Assembly: GCA_951406725.2 (NCBI GenBank)
Contig: OX597828.1
Coordinates: 73,284,001 to 73,348,000, forward strand
DNA from: Octopus vulgaris
Taxonomy: Eukaryota
DNA length: 64,000 nucleotides
Direction: 5' to 3'
The notes under the pieces are model-generated. The model did no database searches and was not told where the DNA came from. It saw only the letters and a list, made by a program, of their open reading frames with translations. Shown piece by piece: positions 28,190-42,177 of the stretch (position 1 is the first letter of the stretch; each line of letters begins with the position of its first letter). The position numbers and the translations under genes are program-made.

Positions 28190-29160
28190 GCAGAGATGAG
28201 CTGACAGAATTGTCACGGAAACTGCTGAGCAGCATTTTTCCCAACGCTTAACGTTCTGAGCTCAAATTCCACCGAGGTCAATATTGTTTTTCATTCTTAC
28301 GAGTTTGATAAAATGAGCAACAGCTGAGCATTGAGATCGGTCAAGTCGATTTACCTCTTCCCCCCAAAATTGCTGGCCTTGTGCCAAAATTATCAATCAA
28401 TGTTTCGGGCGGTGAGCTGGCAGAAACGTTAGTACGCCGGGCGAAATGCTTAGCGGTATTTCGTCTGCGTTACGTTGTGAGTTCAAATTCCGCCGAGGTC
28501 GACTTTGCCTTTCATCCTTTCGGGGTCGATAAATTAAGTACCAGTTACGAACTGGGGTCGATGTAATCGACTTAATACCTATGTCTGTCCTTGTTTGTTC
28601 CCTCTGTGTTTAGCCCCTTGTGGGTAATAAAGAAATAGGTATTTCGTCTGCAGTTACGTTCTGAGTTCAAATTCCGCCGAAGTCAACTTTGCCTTTCATC
28701 CTTTCGGGGTCGATTAAGTAAGTACTTGTTACACACTGGAGTCGATGTAATTTTGACTTAATCCGTTTGTCTGTCCTTGTTTCTCCTCTCTGTGTTTAGC
28801 CCCTTGTGGGTAGTAAAGAAATAGGTATTTCTTCTGCCTTTACGTTCTAAGTTCAAATTCGGCCAAGGTGACTGCTTTTCATTCTTTCAGGGTCGATCAC
28901 ATAATTACTAATTGAGTATTGGGGTCAATGTAATCGACTTATACCCTTTCCCAAAATTGCTAAAATTTAACGTCAATATTTAGGACAGCGAGCTGGCAAA
29001 ATCGTTACCAACATTAGACACTAAATTTAAATGCCGTCAGGATCGAGTTTGCCTTTCATCCTATCGGGGGTCGATTAAATGGTACTAATTGAGCACTGGA
29101 GTCAATGTAATCGACTTACCCCTTCCCTCGAAATTGCTGGCATTGTGCTAAAATTTGAAG
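28190..29160 (+). mobile_element. Head-to-tail array of about 5 SINE family B units
   Basis: Repeated GTTCAAATTCCGCCGAGGTCGACTTTGCCTTTCATCCTTTCGGGGTCGAT modules near 28260, 28480, 28665, 28850 and 29040. Confidence 0.85.
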
Positions 29161-30331
29161 CATATAGAACTGTAATAGTTAATTAGAAAGAGAGACTTGA
29201 TGGACGGCAAAATCGATAAAGAACTGAATTGCAATATTTCATGTTACTTAATTGAAAGTGTTTACGTTTGATCTGTAACTTCAAGTTCCAAGAGGGGAGC
29301 TTAGATCTATTGTTCTTCTTTCCAGGGCCGATTAAGTACATGTGCAACATCAACTTTGCAGAAACTGACAGACAGGAACCTTTTATAATCCTGAGGAATT
29401 TACAAGCATAAAACACAGAACACCCGCTGTTGCCAGACTACTTGACTGATACTTTGCACGGTAAGCTAATAATAAAATCGTATCGTTTGTATAAACGTAT
29501 CGGTAGCTGTATTTCATTTAATCATTTAAATAAAGTTAATATGTGTTTAGTTCATAGCAAGTTGAACAAGGTCACCGTCCCTGATACGGAAAAAATCAGT
29601 AATCCGGAAGGCCTGTGGAATCTAAGGTTTAGGAAAATCGATCTTGTAGCTACACCAATCAACTATTGGGAATGATTTAGTCGATCCCCCCTCCATTTAA
29701 AACCTCTTTTCCTTGTGCCTAAGTCTTGTATTCTCCCTTGTTTGTACCCAGTTACTTTCTTAATATTTATTTATGTGACCCTTTAACCACAGCTATTCCA
29801 ATAATGATGTGAAATATCTACCAAAAGACAAAGGCGAAGAAAAAATAAAATTCGTATTTTCTGCAACTCACGTTGTTTTAATAAACTTGACAGATCACAA
29901 GAAAGGAATAGTTTTATACAACAGTTAGGTTGATATATAAAACTGCTTTCTGCAGTTAAGTGTAGTAATATGTTCAATGTATCTAACTGATTTCAGCAGT
30001 GAAATGAGTATAAACTGCTCTGATAACCAAACATGAATCGTAAAATGGCGAAATAAGAGAGCTCAAATTTTGGTAGCAGAAGATCAAATCATCTAAATGA
30101 AATAATGACAAACTTCACTAGCAAAATAATCAATTAGAAAGTTGGTTAATCGAGTCAATCGTCTGCTGATCGATTACCTTATCAAACTGAAACAACAAAA
30201 GGACCGACTTGTATGTTAATTTGATCTTAGCCAGGATCTAGGATCAAACAGCGCCAGCATTTTATTCATCAGCGTTATTTTTCAATCGACCATCTTTGGT
30301 TTCATACCGTTTCATTTATTCCAACTAGTGT

Positions 30332-30392
<61 letters not shown>

Positions 30393-30494
30393 TCTACTAC
30401 TGCTGCTTATGCAGGAAGCACAAAGGATGTACGAGAAAAGACGGTCGTTTTAGTAACAAGACGTAGAAATAAATTGAGAAAATATATCATCAAC

Positions 30495-30558
<64 letters not shown>

Positions 30559-30574
30559 TTAGATAGATAAATAC

Positions 30575-30840
30575 ATTATGGCTGCCCCCTCGTTATCGAG
30601 TATGGCCATTGCACGAAGCTTAGCAGTTATTTGTGCTGTGATCGAACGTGACTTTTTAGCCCAGCTAAAGATCTACAATGTCTTGTACAGAATTGGCAAC
30701 TAAAACATTTACCGGTAATAGCCGGCTGTAGTTGTAACTGGGCTTCATGTACCTTTGCATGTCGTTCAATTCCTCCAGCCGAATTACACTCTTTTCCACA
30801 GGCCCGACAGATATGATTATGATTTATCTGGCGGTGTAAC
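30575..30840 (-). mobile_element. 3' end of an RTE-clade LINE (C-terminal C2H2 fingers and 3' tail)
   Basis: HICRACGKECNSAGGIERHAKVH...CQFCTRHCRSLAGLKSHVRSQHK*, followed by a short UTR TGGCCATACTCGATAACGAGGGGCAGCCAT. Confidence 0.7.
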
Positions 30841-31816
30841 ACACCAAATAAATACATACATAGCTAGATAGATAGAAAGATATACACGAGTGAGTGGACA
30901 AACGAAAGAAGGGCACTAAACAAATTCATTGGGATTTACATGTATAGATCAAAACAGTTTGATTCAAATTCGTTGGTACTCCGAGTTTCAAGCGTGATGC
31001 TAGTCCCCTGCCATATGTATAAATGCATACGTATATATGTATTATGAGTAGATGTTGATTGAATTGAAAGACAATGTGCTAATGCTGTCTGTAAAAAAAG
31101 TTGTATTTCGAGGTATTTAAGTTACTAAGGTATTAATCTACTTATTTTAATCAAATCTCTTCATATGATATTTTATCGTCTGTACATCAAAATGCTGGAA
31201 CGTTTCCATCAACAAAAGTTCAACGCCGTCTTAAACAACACATGGAAGGGTTACGGAACCAATAAAACGTCAGTAGTCCAACTTTAGAATCAACCATGAT
31301 TAAAAACGAGTTATGAACTATGATAGCTGGGTCATGCGTGTAAAATGAGAAAAGAGAGATTTCCAGGTCAAATCCATTTCAGTGAATAAACCACGAGAAA
31401 AAAGACCACGAGGCTATTCTTTTCGACGTCACAAAAAAGCTATGTTCCAACTTCAAAATGGCTAAAATTAAGTACAAAAGCAAAGAAAAGAAAATCAAAG
31501 ATCGTTCGTTCCAGCTGACGTGATTTTTTCATTAGAGCAACTGAACTTCTTGAAATCGAAAGAAAAAGAAAAATGGAACATAAAATGCGTTAAGAACATA
31601 TTGTTATTTTAATATATGCCCTGTGATGATGGTCGCCTCTCTGCCGAAACTTTCTGCTGACGTTCCAGTGACGTAAACAAACTACAGCGGTTATGAAATA
31701 CGTCAACAAGTGTTTCCTCTTCTTTATAGCAGCCTATTTGGATTCGAACTCATAACCTCACAACCACTGAGCTATGCGCCTTAACACACACATACACACA
31801 CAGACACACACACACG

Positions 31817-31886
<70 letters not shown>

Positions 31887-31929
31887 TATTTCAAAATGTA
31901 ACTACATGTGGATCGTTGGCGATTTTTTT

Positions 31930-32087
31930 TCCTCCGTTTTCCTTCCCTCTTGGATTTTCCTCTGTCTCCTGTTTCTGACGAAGAGCTTTGCTCGTACTTT
32001 CCCTGAGTGTCTGCTAATAGTTTGCATGTACAACCTTGGCGCGTTGTTGTTTTTCTTACCTGTTTTGTTTTTCTTCGTTTTTCCTAT

Positions 32088-32090
<3 letters not shown>
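31930..32090 (+). mobile_element. Repeat family H2 copy with a deleted hammerhead 3' half
   Basis: GTTT-CTGACGA-A-GAGC-TTT-GCTC-G, then a deletion. Flanks align with 23003-23172, and it ends in (TA)n. Confidence 0.7.
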
Positions 32091-32149
<59 letters not shown>

Positions 32150-32582
32150 CATGTATGTATGTATATTTGCACACAACTTCTGTCACGGATATACATGTAT
32201 GTACGCGTGTGTACAAAGGCACGTATATAGAGTTTTGTTTACAACAAACCTCTTTCTTACCCATGTTTCATGTTGCAGCGTTCATTGGGAAGTTAAGCTG
32301 CCCTACATTTGGAGACCACATGTGTGCATATAAACATGGTCATACATGTGTTGATGCTTATATATACATATATAGACACACATATATATATATATATATA
32401 CCCATATATAAATATATGTATATGTATATATATACATATATACATATATATACCCATATATAAATATATGTATATGTATATATATATACATATTTACATA
32501 CATATACATATATATTTATGTACTTGTACATACATATATGTATACATGTATGTATATATATGTATGTGCGTGTGTGTGCATA

Positions 32583-32805
32583 CGAGGGGGTGGGGGCTTA
32601 AAACTTTCTTGGATTTGGGTAAAAGAAAATCCCGGAGCATCAGCTAATTACCATTTTGCTCAATATATTTCCCTCTCAGATTCACACCTTTATTGCGGCG
32701 GTCCTTCGGTTTTTTCTAAGCCGTGTAGAACAACTCAGAAGGTTGGCCTGTCAACTAGGCCTTTCGCGACACCCTTAAAGCAAAGAACTTTTCAGCAGTC
32801 CCTTG
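32583..32805. mobile_element. Mariner-type MITE
   Basis: TA-CGAGGGGG..CTTAAAACTTTCTTGGATTT / AAAGCAAAGAACTTTTCAGCAGTCCCTTG-TA degenerate TIRs. Confidence 0.65.
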
Positions 32806-33463
32806 TATGTATGTATATATTTATATATAGTTATATATGTGTGTGTGTGTACATATATATACATATTTGCACACACACACACACATACATACATACATAC
32901 ATACATACATACATACATACATACACACATACATACACACACATACATGCATACATACATACATACATACATGCACACATACATACATACGCACATGCAT
33001 ACATACGCACACGCATACATACATACACACATACATACATACACACACATACATACATATATACACAATATATGCATCCTCATTTGCACTCAAATTAATA
33101 ATGTGTATGCGCGTGTATTATTCTGTCTGTACTGCATACATTTGCATATGTATTTAATATATATTTATGAGAAGAAAATTGGCGAAAGCATATGAATTTT
33201 TGTCATACTGATTATAACATCATATTCCTGATGAGAAAATATCGATTATCTACATTTGGGGACCTCTACTCATGCGAAAACACCTTATACATAAGACCTA
33301 CAAACCGTACGCAACACTTAATGCCAATAAACTTAGACTTTCTGCAATAACATTAGCCCTTCTTTTCTTCCTCTTTTTCTTCTCCTCTTTCTTCTCTTTC
33401 TTTTTCTTCTTTTTCTTCTACTTCTTCCTCTTCTCCTTCTATTTATTATTATTATTATTACTA

Positions 33464-33534
<71 letters not shown>

Positions 33535-34038
33535 CAATCTCTTACGTTTTTACCTTGCACAACGCACCTTTAATGCATATGTGCGTCTCGGCATGTTTGT
33601 GTAACGCTTTTTTTTAAAGATATGTTATGTCCTGTATGTTTGGGTGGTAATGGCCAAGAAGGAAATAATAATTATCGCTAGTTTTCTTTTATTCTTTTAT
33701 CGTTCTATTTTCCTTTTCTTTTACTCAGGTGTTCAATCCAGGCCATGCTGGGACAACGGCCTGGGTTGCCGCAAACAGAACTCAGTATTTATTTTTAAGT
33801 ATGTTACTTGTAGAAACAGTCGTGCTCTTCTGTTAACATATTGGTGACTTGGTGTCATAAACAAGCCTATAGCAGTCATCAAACTTTGAGAGACGCACGC
33901 ACGCTCAAATGCACGCGCTCACACACACACACGCACACACACACACACACATACACACACACACACATACACACATATACTTATGTATGTATTGACCGTT
34001 CCAATTTCAATACGTAAGCTTTCTTATTCTATATTTTC

Positions 34039-34245
34039 GAGATGAAGAATTGTATACATTATTTACAATGGACAGATAAATGAAATACCTTAGGAATGAG
34101 AACAGGGTACCCCATTAGTCATTTAAAGCGTTGGGTTCTAAATTCCACCAGAACACCTGATGGATACTGGAGAGTACCTCAGCCGAAACGTTATTGTAAC
34201 AACAAAAAGATGAGAGCACCTATCCGTCCATTGGGAATAATATAA
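34039..34245. mobile_element. Internally deleted relative of the 47112-47705 fold-back element
   Basis: Left terminus GAGATGAAGAATT..TACATTATTTACAAT..ACAGATA, then right-arm AAATACCTTAGGAATGAGAAC...AACAC-CTGATGG..CAGCC-GAAACGTT..AACAACAAAAAGATGAG. Confidence 0.7.
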
Positions 34246-35339
34246 GCTTTCTTTTCCTTTCACGAATATAGTCACCGATTTTGGTAGTAAACTTCTTAAT
34301 CCATCTAAGCTTTTCATTTCTACTTTGTATCCATGGAAATGAATAAGCTGATGCTGCGTCTGTTTAGATCTTTGGTTGGAGTCTCATGGAACGGATATAT
34401 ACTCAAATGACGCTCTAGCCACGCCAATCCTATCTTATTTTCGGCAAAGTCTACCCAACCACATAATAACTCATACCTCTTTTTGGAGGAAAGAAGTAAA
34501 GAGGAGTCGCTTGTGAATGGCATACCAGTCATTATTGCAGCATTAAGTTCATATCTCATATCTCATAACAATTGTTATTGTTATCGGCGTTTAGCCCTAG
34601 GTCAGGTCCAATCATCAGTTTGTTTTTCAAATGTAGTGTATTTCTGACTATATTATCTAATGATCTGTAAGTGGCAGATGATTCTAACCGGTCAAACGTG
34701 TGAGAAAATAAAGAGAAAAACAAGGGAAGACGGAATGACCACTCCTTAAACATCTCATCTTTTATTAAAACACAGTGTATTTAAGACTACATTATGACTT
34801 GTGACCGCATTTGAAAAAAAAAACTGTTGGGTGTGATTTCAGGGTAATGTGGCCCAAATTCCTGGCTGAGCGATTAATGACGCACAAACAAATCGTGATA
34901 CGTTTATTACTAAAGCTGTCAGAAAATGCAGCAAAACCTTCTCTTAACTCGAATCTTACATTTTGCTCTTTCTTAAAAATGCACAATCTATTTCGTAGTT
35001 GAATAGAAAGTGTCGGAAAAAGATAGGATGGTCAGATTTGGAATATCATTTTATGTTCCGATCAAACAAGCTGACCTGGGGCTAAACGATATGATATGTC
35101 TGGGTCTAATGTGAGTTGGAAGATGGCCTCGACGGATGAATGGGAAGGATTTGTCGAATGGCGGTGGTGTGTCGTGATTCATAAATATAAGGTATTACAA
35201 TAGATGTCATGTGTTGACCGGAGCAAATATCTTCTTTCCGTGTTGATTTACTTGTCTCGTTCAGACAGAGGAGAACAATGGAGTTAATATTGCTATAAGC
35301 TTTAAGGCGGAGAACGGGTGGAACCGAAAGCACGCCGGA

Positions 35340-35750
35340 GCACAATTTTTAGCAGTTTCGTATTTACGTTCTGAGTTCAAATTCCACCAAGGTCGACTTT
35401 ACCTTTCATCATTTCGGGGTCCATAAAATAATTACAAGTCAAGCACTGGGATCGATACTATCGACTTAGGCCCTTCCATGAAATTACTGGCTTTGTGCCA
35501 AAATTTGATATCAATATCATGATAAGGTATAAGGTAACGGCGAGCTGGCGGAACATTTAGTAAGCCGGATAAAATGTTTAGCTGCATTTCGTCCGTCTTT
35601 ACGTTCTTAGTTCAAATTCCGCCGAGGATGACTTTATCTTTCATCCTATCGTGATCGATAAAATAAGTACCAGTCGATAACTGGGGCTGATGAGAGAGAC
35701 TAACCCCATCCCAAAATTTGACCATGTGTCGAAAAAATGAGACCAATATT
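35340..35750 (+). mobile_element. SINE family B, two tandem diverged units
   Basis: TTACGTTCTGAGTTCAAATTCC..GGTCGACTTT twice; GGCGAGCTGGCGGAA head near 35539. Confidence 0.75.
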
Positions 35751-35774
35751 ACGAATATATATATATATATTCAT

Positions 35775-36078
35775 AGAGCGTCGGATTCACAATCATAAGA
35801 TAGTGAGTTCGATTCCCAGACCGGCATGTATATTGTGTTCTTGAGCAAGACACTTTATTTCACGTTGCCCCAGTTCACTCAGATGTAGAAATGAGTTGCA
35901 AAAGTCGCTGGTGCCAAGCTGTACCAGCCTTTGTTTTCCTCATGGATAACATTGGTGGCGTGGAGAAAGGAGTCTGGAATGCTTGGGTCAATGCTGGGCT
36001 TCCATAAGCAACCTAACCTGGACTTGTGCTTCGGAGGGAAACTTTCTAGGTGCAACCCCATGGTCCTTCATGACCTTT
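35775..36078 (+). mobile_element. tRNA-derived SINE (fourth family)
   Basis: B box GAGTTCGATTCC, then TTGAGCAAGACACTTTATTTCACGTTGCCCCAGTTCACTCAG. Confidence 0.65.
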
Positions 36079-36396
36079 ATATATTGTGGTATGCGTACTG
36101 TCGTGCTAACACACACATTCATGTATGTTCTTTTATAATTAGATACTATGGTCTGTTCTTTGTCCTGCTGACGCACTGATTTGAAAGGCTGAGTCGAAGA
36201 AATCGACATCAGCACACACCATTAAGCCTGTTGTCTATCACATCGGTCTCTTTCTGCACCGGGTATCAAGCAATGGTGAGGGAAAACACAGACGTAAAGA
36301 CACACACATGTATACATGTACGTATATATATATATATGTATATATGAAAAAACAAGTCAAAAATAGAAAATGCTAAAATAATTTTATAGTGAACAT

Positions 36397-36438
36397 TTCA
36401 GTACCGGTTTCGGTCATTTTGAGACCTTTTCAACTGTA
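36397..36438 (-). ncRNA. Minimal type I hammerhead motif with a U3-A8 covariant core
   Basis: Minus strand CAG-TTGAAAA-GGTC-TCAAAAT-GACC-GAAAC-CG-GTA-CTG. Stem I is CAG/CTG, stem II is GGTC/GACC, stem III is the palindrome ACCGGT, triplet GUA. Confidence 0.7.
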
Positions 36439-36595
36439 ACGATTAAATAATTAAATTTAGAAAAATTAGAAGAAAAGTTTTTTTAAAAGAATATTTCTAT
36501 AGTAGTGTTCAGATTTAAGTGGCATTCTGCCTTTCTCTGACTCCCTTGTTTGCACTTGTGTGTCGGAGGTCGTTGTGAGTTCTTGGAAGGGTAGT

Positions 36596-36676
<81 letters not shown>

Positions 36677-36681
36677 TATAT

Positions 36682-36714
<33 letters not shown>

Positions 36715-36852
36715 CACATGTATATACATATATATATATACATCCATATACGTGTACACGTATATGTGTATGTATGTACTCACAAACACACAAAAACACG
36801 CGCTCGAGCGCGAGGACGCATACACACACGTACACACACACACACATATATA

Positions 36853-38067
36853 CAGAGTTTTGAAAAATAATGGAAACAGCTAGCGTCATAGCATCATAGT
36901 TTTGAAATATCTATAAAACCATCAAAAGCGTGTTTATTTTTATTGTTTTTTTTTTATTTATTATTATTGTTACTTAATATGTTTTGCTAAAATTGCTGTT
37001 TCTTATCAGATATCAGAAAAAAAGGTAAATTAAAATTCATTAAAATGACAGATCTATCGGACTTTCAAAGAGGTCAAATTGTTGGTGCTCGTATGGCAAG
37101 CGTTAGCATAACGAAAACAGCTGAAATGTTTGGTGCATCAAGCAGTACTGTCTCGAAAGTAATGACAGCCTTTGATAAAGAGAAAAATCTCCTCGTCGAA
37201 ACAAAACTCCGGAAGAAAACCAAAACTTTCAGATAAGGATCAGAAAAGTAGAGCTCCCAAAATTACTGCAGAGCTTAATGACCATCTCGAGAACCCAGTT
37301 TCCACAAAAACTGTTCGCCGAGAGCGGCACAAAACAGGATTTCACGGCAGGGTTGCAATCGGAAAATCGCTACTTTCAAAACCAAACGTTGCAAAGCGTT
37401 TTGAGTGGAGTAAAAACCTACAGAATTGGACCCTCGAGCAGTCATTTTCTCAGACGAGTCATCCTTTACCTTATTTCCGACCACCGGCCGAGGATACGTG
37501 TGGAGATAGCCATAAGAAGCATTTGACTCAGACTGTCTTCTTCCAACTGTTAAACAGGGAGGAGGATCTGTGATGATCTGGGGTGGGGGGTCTCTATCTT
37601 GGAAATCCGCCGGCCCAATGATTTCCCTTTATGGCAGAATTAATTGTCAAGTCTATTTAAACATTATATCTGATCAAATTCATCCTATGGTTGCATAGCT
37701 GTTTCCGGAGGGAAACGCAATCTTTCCGGATGATAATGCACCAATTCACACAGATAAATTTGTTATTGAATGGCACGAGGAGTTTCTAGTGAACTTGAAC
37801 ATCTTATTTGGCCACCACAGTCCCCAGATCTCAGTATTATTGAACATTTATGGGTCTTTTTAGAAAAATACCATCATCATTACAAGAAATGAAAACTGTT
37901 TTAGCTGAAGAATGGACAACAATTTCTTTGGAAACAATTCAAACTTTGTACAAGTCCATAACTCGTAGAATTCAAGCTGTAATTACGGCCAAAGGCGGTC
38001 TTATCCCATATTAAAATAAATTTGTTTGAAATTCTAAGGCGTTTCCATTATTTTGGGAAGACGCCTG
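36853..38067 (+). mobile_element. Tc1-family DNA transposon, near full length, decayed
   Basis: TIR cores AAAATAATGGAAAC / GTTTCCATTATTTT; left TA; internal transposase relic. Confidence 0.9.
37045..38014 (+). pseudogene. Tc1 (DD34E-type) transposase pseudogene
   Basis: MTDLSDFQRGQIVGARM..HTH; SGRKPKLS; FSDESSF; GGSVMIWG; FPDDNAPIH; WPPQSPDLSIIEHLW; AVITAKGGLIPY*. Multiple frameshifts and stops. Confidence 0.9.
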
Positions 38068-38472
38068 GACAAAAAGCCGCACAGCGGGACTGAACCCAAG
38101 ACCACATATTTGGAAAGCAAGTTTCTTACCACAAAGCCACGTCTGCGCCTCTATGAATATAAATATGTACACAGAACGCAATATTCGCTCACACTTACAT
38201 AGATACATATATGCATATACATACAAGCCTATATACATATATACAGTCACATACATACAGACATCACACATACATATACCTATATAGACCAATGAAGATA
38301 TTAAAATCCTTCAGAAATTTCTCACTTTCTATGCACTGAACGATGTGATATCTAAAATAATAAATGCAAATAAGTGTGTATATATGTAATATTTATAGAA
38401 ATACACACATATAAAGATATATAAGAGTATATTTAAAGGTGCGTGTATATAAATATATGATATGTATATACA

Positions 38473-38517
<45 letters not shown>

Positions 38518-38763
38518 AATATAAAGCTAACAGATAGATATCTAGGCATATTCTTATGAACACTGACGTCTATATGCCTGAGTGGATAAAAGTTGATATA
38601 TTCAACGAAATATATATATATACATGCATATGTATATACATGTACACGTAAATGCGTATGTATGCATGCATACATATATACATACGCACACAATATATGC
38701 ATGTATGTATATATATATGTATATATATATATGTATCTATGTATCCATCTATCTATCTATCTG

Positions 38764-38826
<63 letters not shown>

Positions 38827-40779
38827 GTATGTATATATATATATATGTATATGTATATGTGTATTATATATATATAGACACACACATGTGAATGTATTAT
38901 GTATGTTTCTATATATTACGACACATACGCCATCATATCTCGCTATCTGCAACTAATTTAGGAGATGAGTGATCCAACCAGACTAATCGATTCCAGTGTA
39001 TTTATGAGGTGGACATTGATTGTGTTCTAAATGAAGACAGCGAACGGTCGAAGTCGTTGGAGTCCCAGATTAATTAGTCTTTTGTTATTTAATACCGTTT
39101 CTCTAATCATCTCTCATTGAACTAATATTTCGTTCAACAAGCGACCGCCAGATTTCACCGAGATACCGTGTCGGGTGTATATTACGCCGTATCTTGCGGC
39201 TACTCAATATTACGAATCGACAATTTAATTCCAGTGCCATCACAATATATGATACAAAGGATACAAGCAAGACGTTTTGGATCCTCTCTTATCATAGATT
39301 AGCTTCTTAAGAAAACAACCGACGAAGGTCATCACTGTCTAGATAGGTGGCGCTGCGAACTGATATTGGTATAGTAACACCATTTTGTCTACAGCGAGAA
39401 ATTTCCTCCGTGACATAACACAGTGAATGGCTCATTAACGAGTGCAAACGTGTCTCACGCATATTTTAATTGGCAATAAAAGTATGTGATGCAATCTGTA
39501 TTTCAATATATTCTGTATAGAAAATCAGAGGCGAGAATGCTACGGCTGGAATGCCATTTAACAAAAGTCAACCCCATCAATGTTGAGTTATGATTGCGCA
39601 AAAACAGCAACCCTCAGCATGGTTTTATTCTTGACTATTATTAAGATGGCTGAATCGTTAAAGCTTGCGAAAGAAAAACATAATAATGTTTTGCAGCATT
39701 TGTTCTGGCTTACTTTGTTAAGGCTAACTTTGCATTTGATCTTTCGTGGTTCGGTATAATAAAGTTCCGGTGAACAACTTGGCTTGATAGTATCAACTGA
39801 TCGCTTCTCCTCAAAATTGTCAATCTTATACCAAGGTTGGCGAGCTGGCAGTAATAGAGACAATATTTTACAGTATATAATCTGGCTATTTACGTACTGA
39901 GTTAGAATACTGCTGTTTCAAGCTTTTCCGAGTCAATGAAATAAAGCACTAAATACTGGATTCAATAGTATCGACAAACCGCTTCTCAAAGACAAAACCA
40001 GAAAAATAAAAGGGAGGAATTGTCTTTACAGAATGTACAACAAGCAAACAGATCGTCCCCTATGGTGAAGAAAGCAAGGCCGGAGACTTCACTCCCTACT
40101 AGAGTGCTGTGGATTTCAAAATGGAGAGAATATCTGCTGAAATGCTTGAATGGCCTGCAAGAGGAGAAAATAACTGAGGACTTAAGCAGTTATGAATAAT
40201 ATGAGGGTAGAGTATAAAGGACACTTGAAGAGTTGACTGCTGGAGGAAAGAAAGCGGTGGGAGGATATTGGCAACCCCACTAATCGAACTTTTCGAGAAA
40301 CGCAGTCCCTTATTACCTACGCTGAACTTGCAATGAACACTTTCAGGAATTGGACGGATTACAGGAGGAAATCGATGAGGGGAAATGGGGTCAACTCTGA
40401 TTTCGCTATAGAGCTTTGCATATGTTTCTCTCTCTTTCTTTCTCCTTCAGTCTGTCTCTTTCTCTCTCTCTCTCCTTCTCTTTCAGTCTGTCTCTTTCTT
40501 TCTCTTTTTATCTCTCATTTTGCATTTTAAAAGTTATCTGTCATCTCTCTTATAGAAGCGTCTCATTATTTTGTATCATTTTAAAAATGGTAATGATATT
40601 TGATGGTTTAAATAAGATAGTGAAACCATCAGATACCTTTGCCGCTGCCATCGATTTCTATTTTAATATTTCAATCCGTCTGCCAATGGCTTGCATCCAT
40701 TTTCTTATACGCACATCATATTTTGCCGTCAGGCAAAATATAAACGGGTATCATGTCTGTTGTTGATATTAGTATTCAA

Positions 40780-40990
40780 AGCAGTGCTTTGGCAGAGTCG
40801 ATAGAGACGGGGGAAAATACCTTGCAGGATCTGTTCCGAGTCCTTACATTCCAAGTTCAAATTCTGCTGTGGTCGACTTTGCCTTTCATTCTTTCGGGGT
40901 CGTGGAAATAAGTAGCAGTTGATCACTGGGTGTCGATATAATCGACTTATCACCACCACCACCACCCGCAAAAAAAATAATTCTAGGCCC
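40780..40990 (+). mobile_element. SINE family B, diverged
   Basis: AAGTTCAAATTCTGCTGTGGTCGACTTTGCCTTTCATTCTTTCGGGGTCG. Confidence 0.7.
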
Positions 40991-41017
40991 AGTCGAAAGA
41001 ATTATTATTATTATCAA

Positions 41018-41056
<39 letters not shown>

Positions 41057-41933
41057 GATAGTGGTGAATTCACATTTCCTGGATATCAACTGGCAAAAAT
41101 ATTTGAAGCGCTCCAAATTACAGTCGTCGCATTGACATTACTGTTCGATTTTCCGAGTCCGATAATCTAAGCCACTAACCCACATGGATGTAAGCGTGTG
41201 GATATCATGCGCTCAGACGTCCCCTTATAATGCGCAAAACACTGGAAAGGACCATCATATCGGGAGGGTCACAATTCTCTTCTGATGTGTCGAGTCAATT
41301 CTCATTCTCTAAAATGGATTATCGGTTAGAAAGCAGGTTGGTGATTTTATAGAAATAATAGATGCTAAAATATAAATGTTTTTTTTATGTTTTGACACAA
41401 AGCCAGCAATTTTGGGGTAAGTGGCTACTCGAAATCATCAACTCCAATTCTCAGTTAGCAAGTCATTTACCGAAATGGAAAAGAAAAAAAAGGCAAAGTC
41501 GACCTCGGCGGAATTTGAACTTCAGGATATAAACTAATCAGTCCCTGCAGCAAGTCTTTCAACCCAAGGACAATGAATAGCTTTCAGAAATCCTTGGTCT
41601 GACAATACTGTTTAAGGATATAGCTGGTTTTTGATGAGGGACGAAAAGCTATAGGTATATTAGTGCTATTAGCCCGACCCGTCGGCTGAGGTACGTGACG
41701 AGCGATGATACCAATCTGTACACAAGCGTTCAATAATGTTCAAGCATCAATAATTCATGAAGTTATGTCAAAACAAAGAGTTGATGTAGTATAAAAACGG
41801 ATCAGAATATCAGCCGGCTACATGTGTATGCGCGTGCGCCTGTATGCGTGTGTGTGTGAACGCATGCATACATATACATATACATACATATATATATATA
41901 CATATGAATATATACACTGATATATATACATGC

Positions 41934-41982
<49 letters not shown>

Positions 41983-41987
<5 letters not shown>

Positions 41988-42177
41988 GGAAAGTTTACGA
42001 AAATAAAAAAAAAGACGTAGACAGGTGGTGTACAAAGCAAACAGATGTATTAGTATAGCGCTCAGGAATATAAAAAGTCTTTTACGTTTCGAGCCTACGC
42101 TCTTCTACAGAAAGGGACATAGAAAAAATGAGAGAAACAAGGAGAGAAAAAAAAGGGTGTGTAGTGGCTAACGATCA
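41983..42177 (-). mobile_element. Hammerhead-bearing repeat family H1
   Basis: Minus-strand motif at 42079-42114: CTTT-CTGTAGA-A-GAGC-GTAG-GCTC-GAAAC-GTA-AAAG with intact stems. The 3' end abuts (TA)n. Confidence 0.75.

Noticed and set aside
28190-29160. CRISPR-like array
   Set aside because: Eukaryotic context; units are homologous SINE bodies of about 190 bp without unique spacers.
30627-30857. C2H2 zinc-finger host gene
   Set aside because: There is no TGEKP linker. The CxSxxGLxSHxR pattern, immediate stop and short tail fit an RTE LINE C-terminus.
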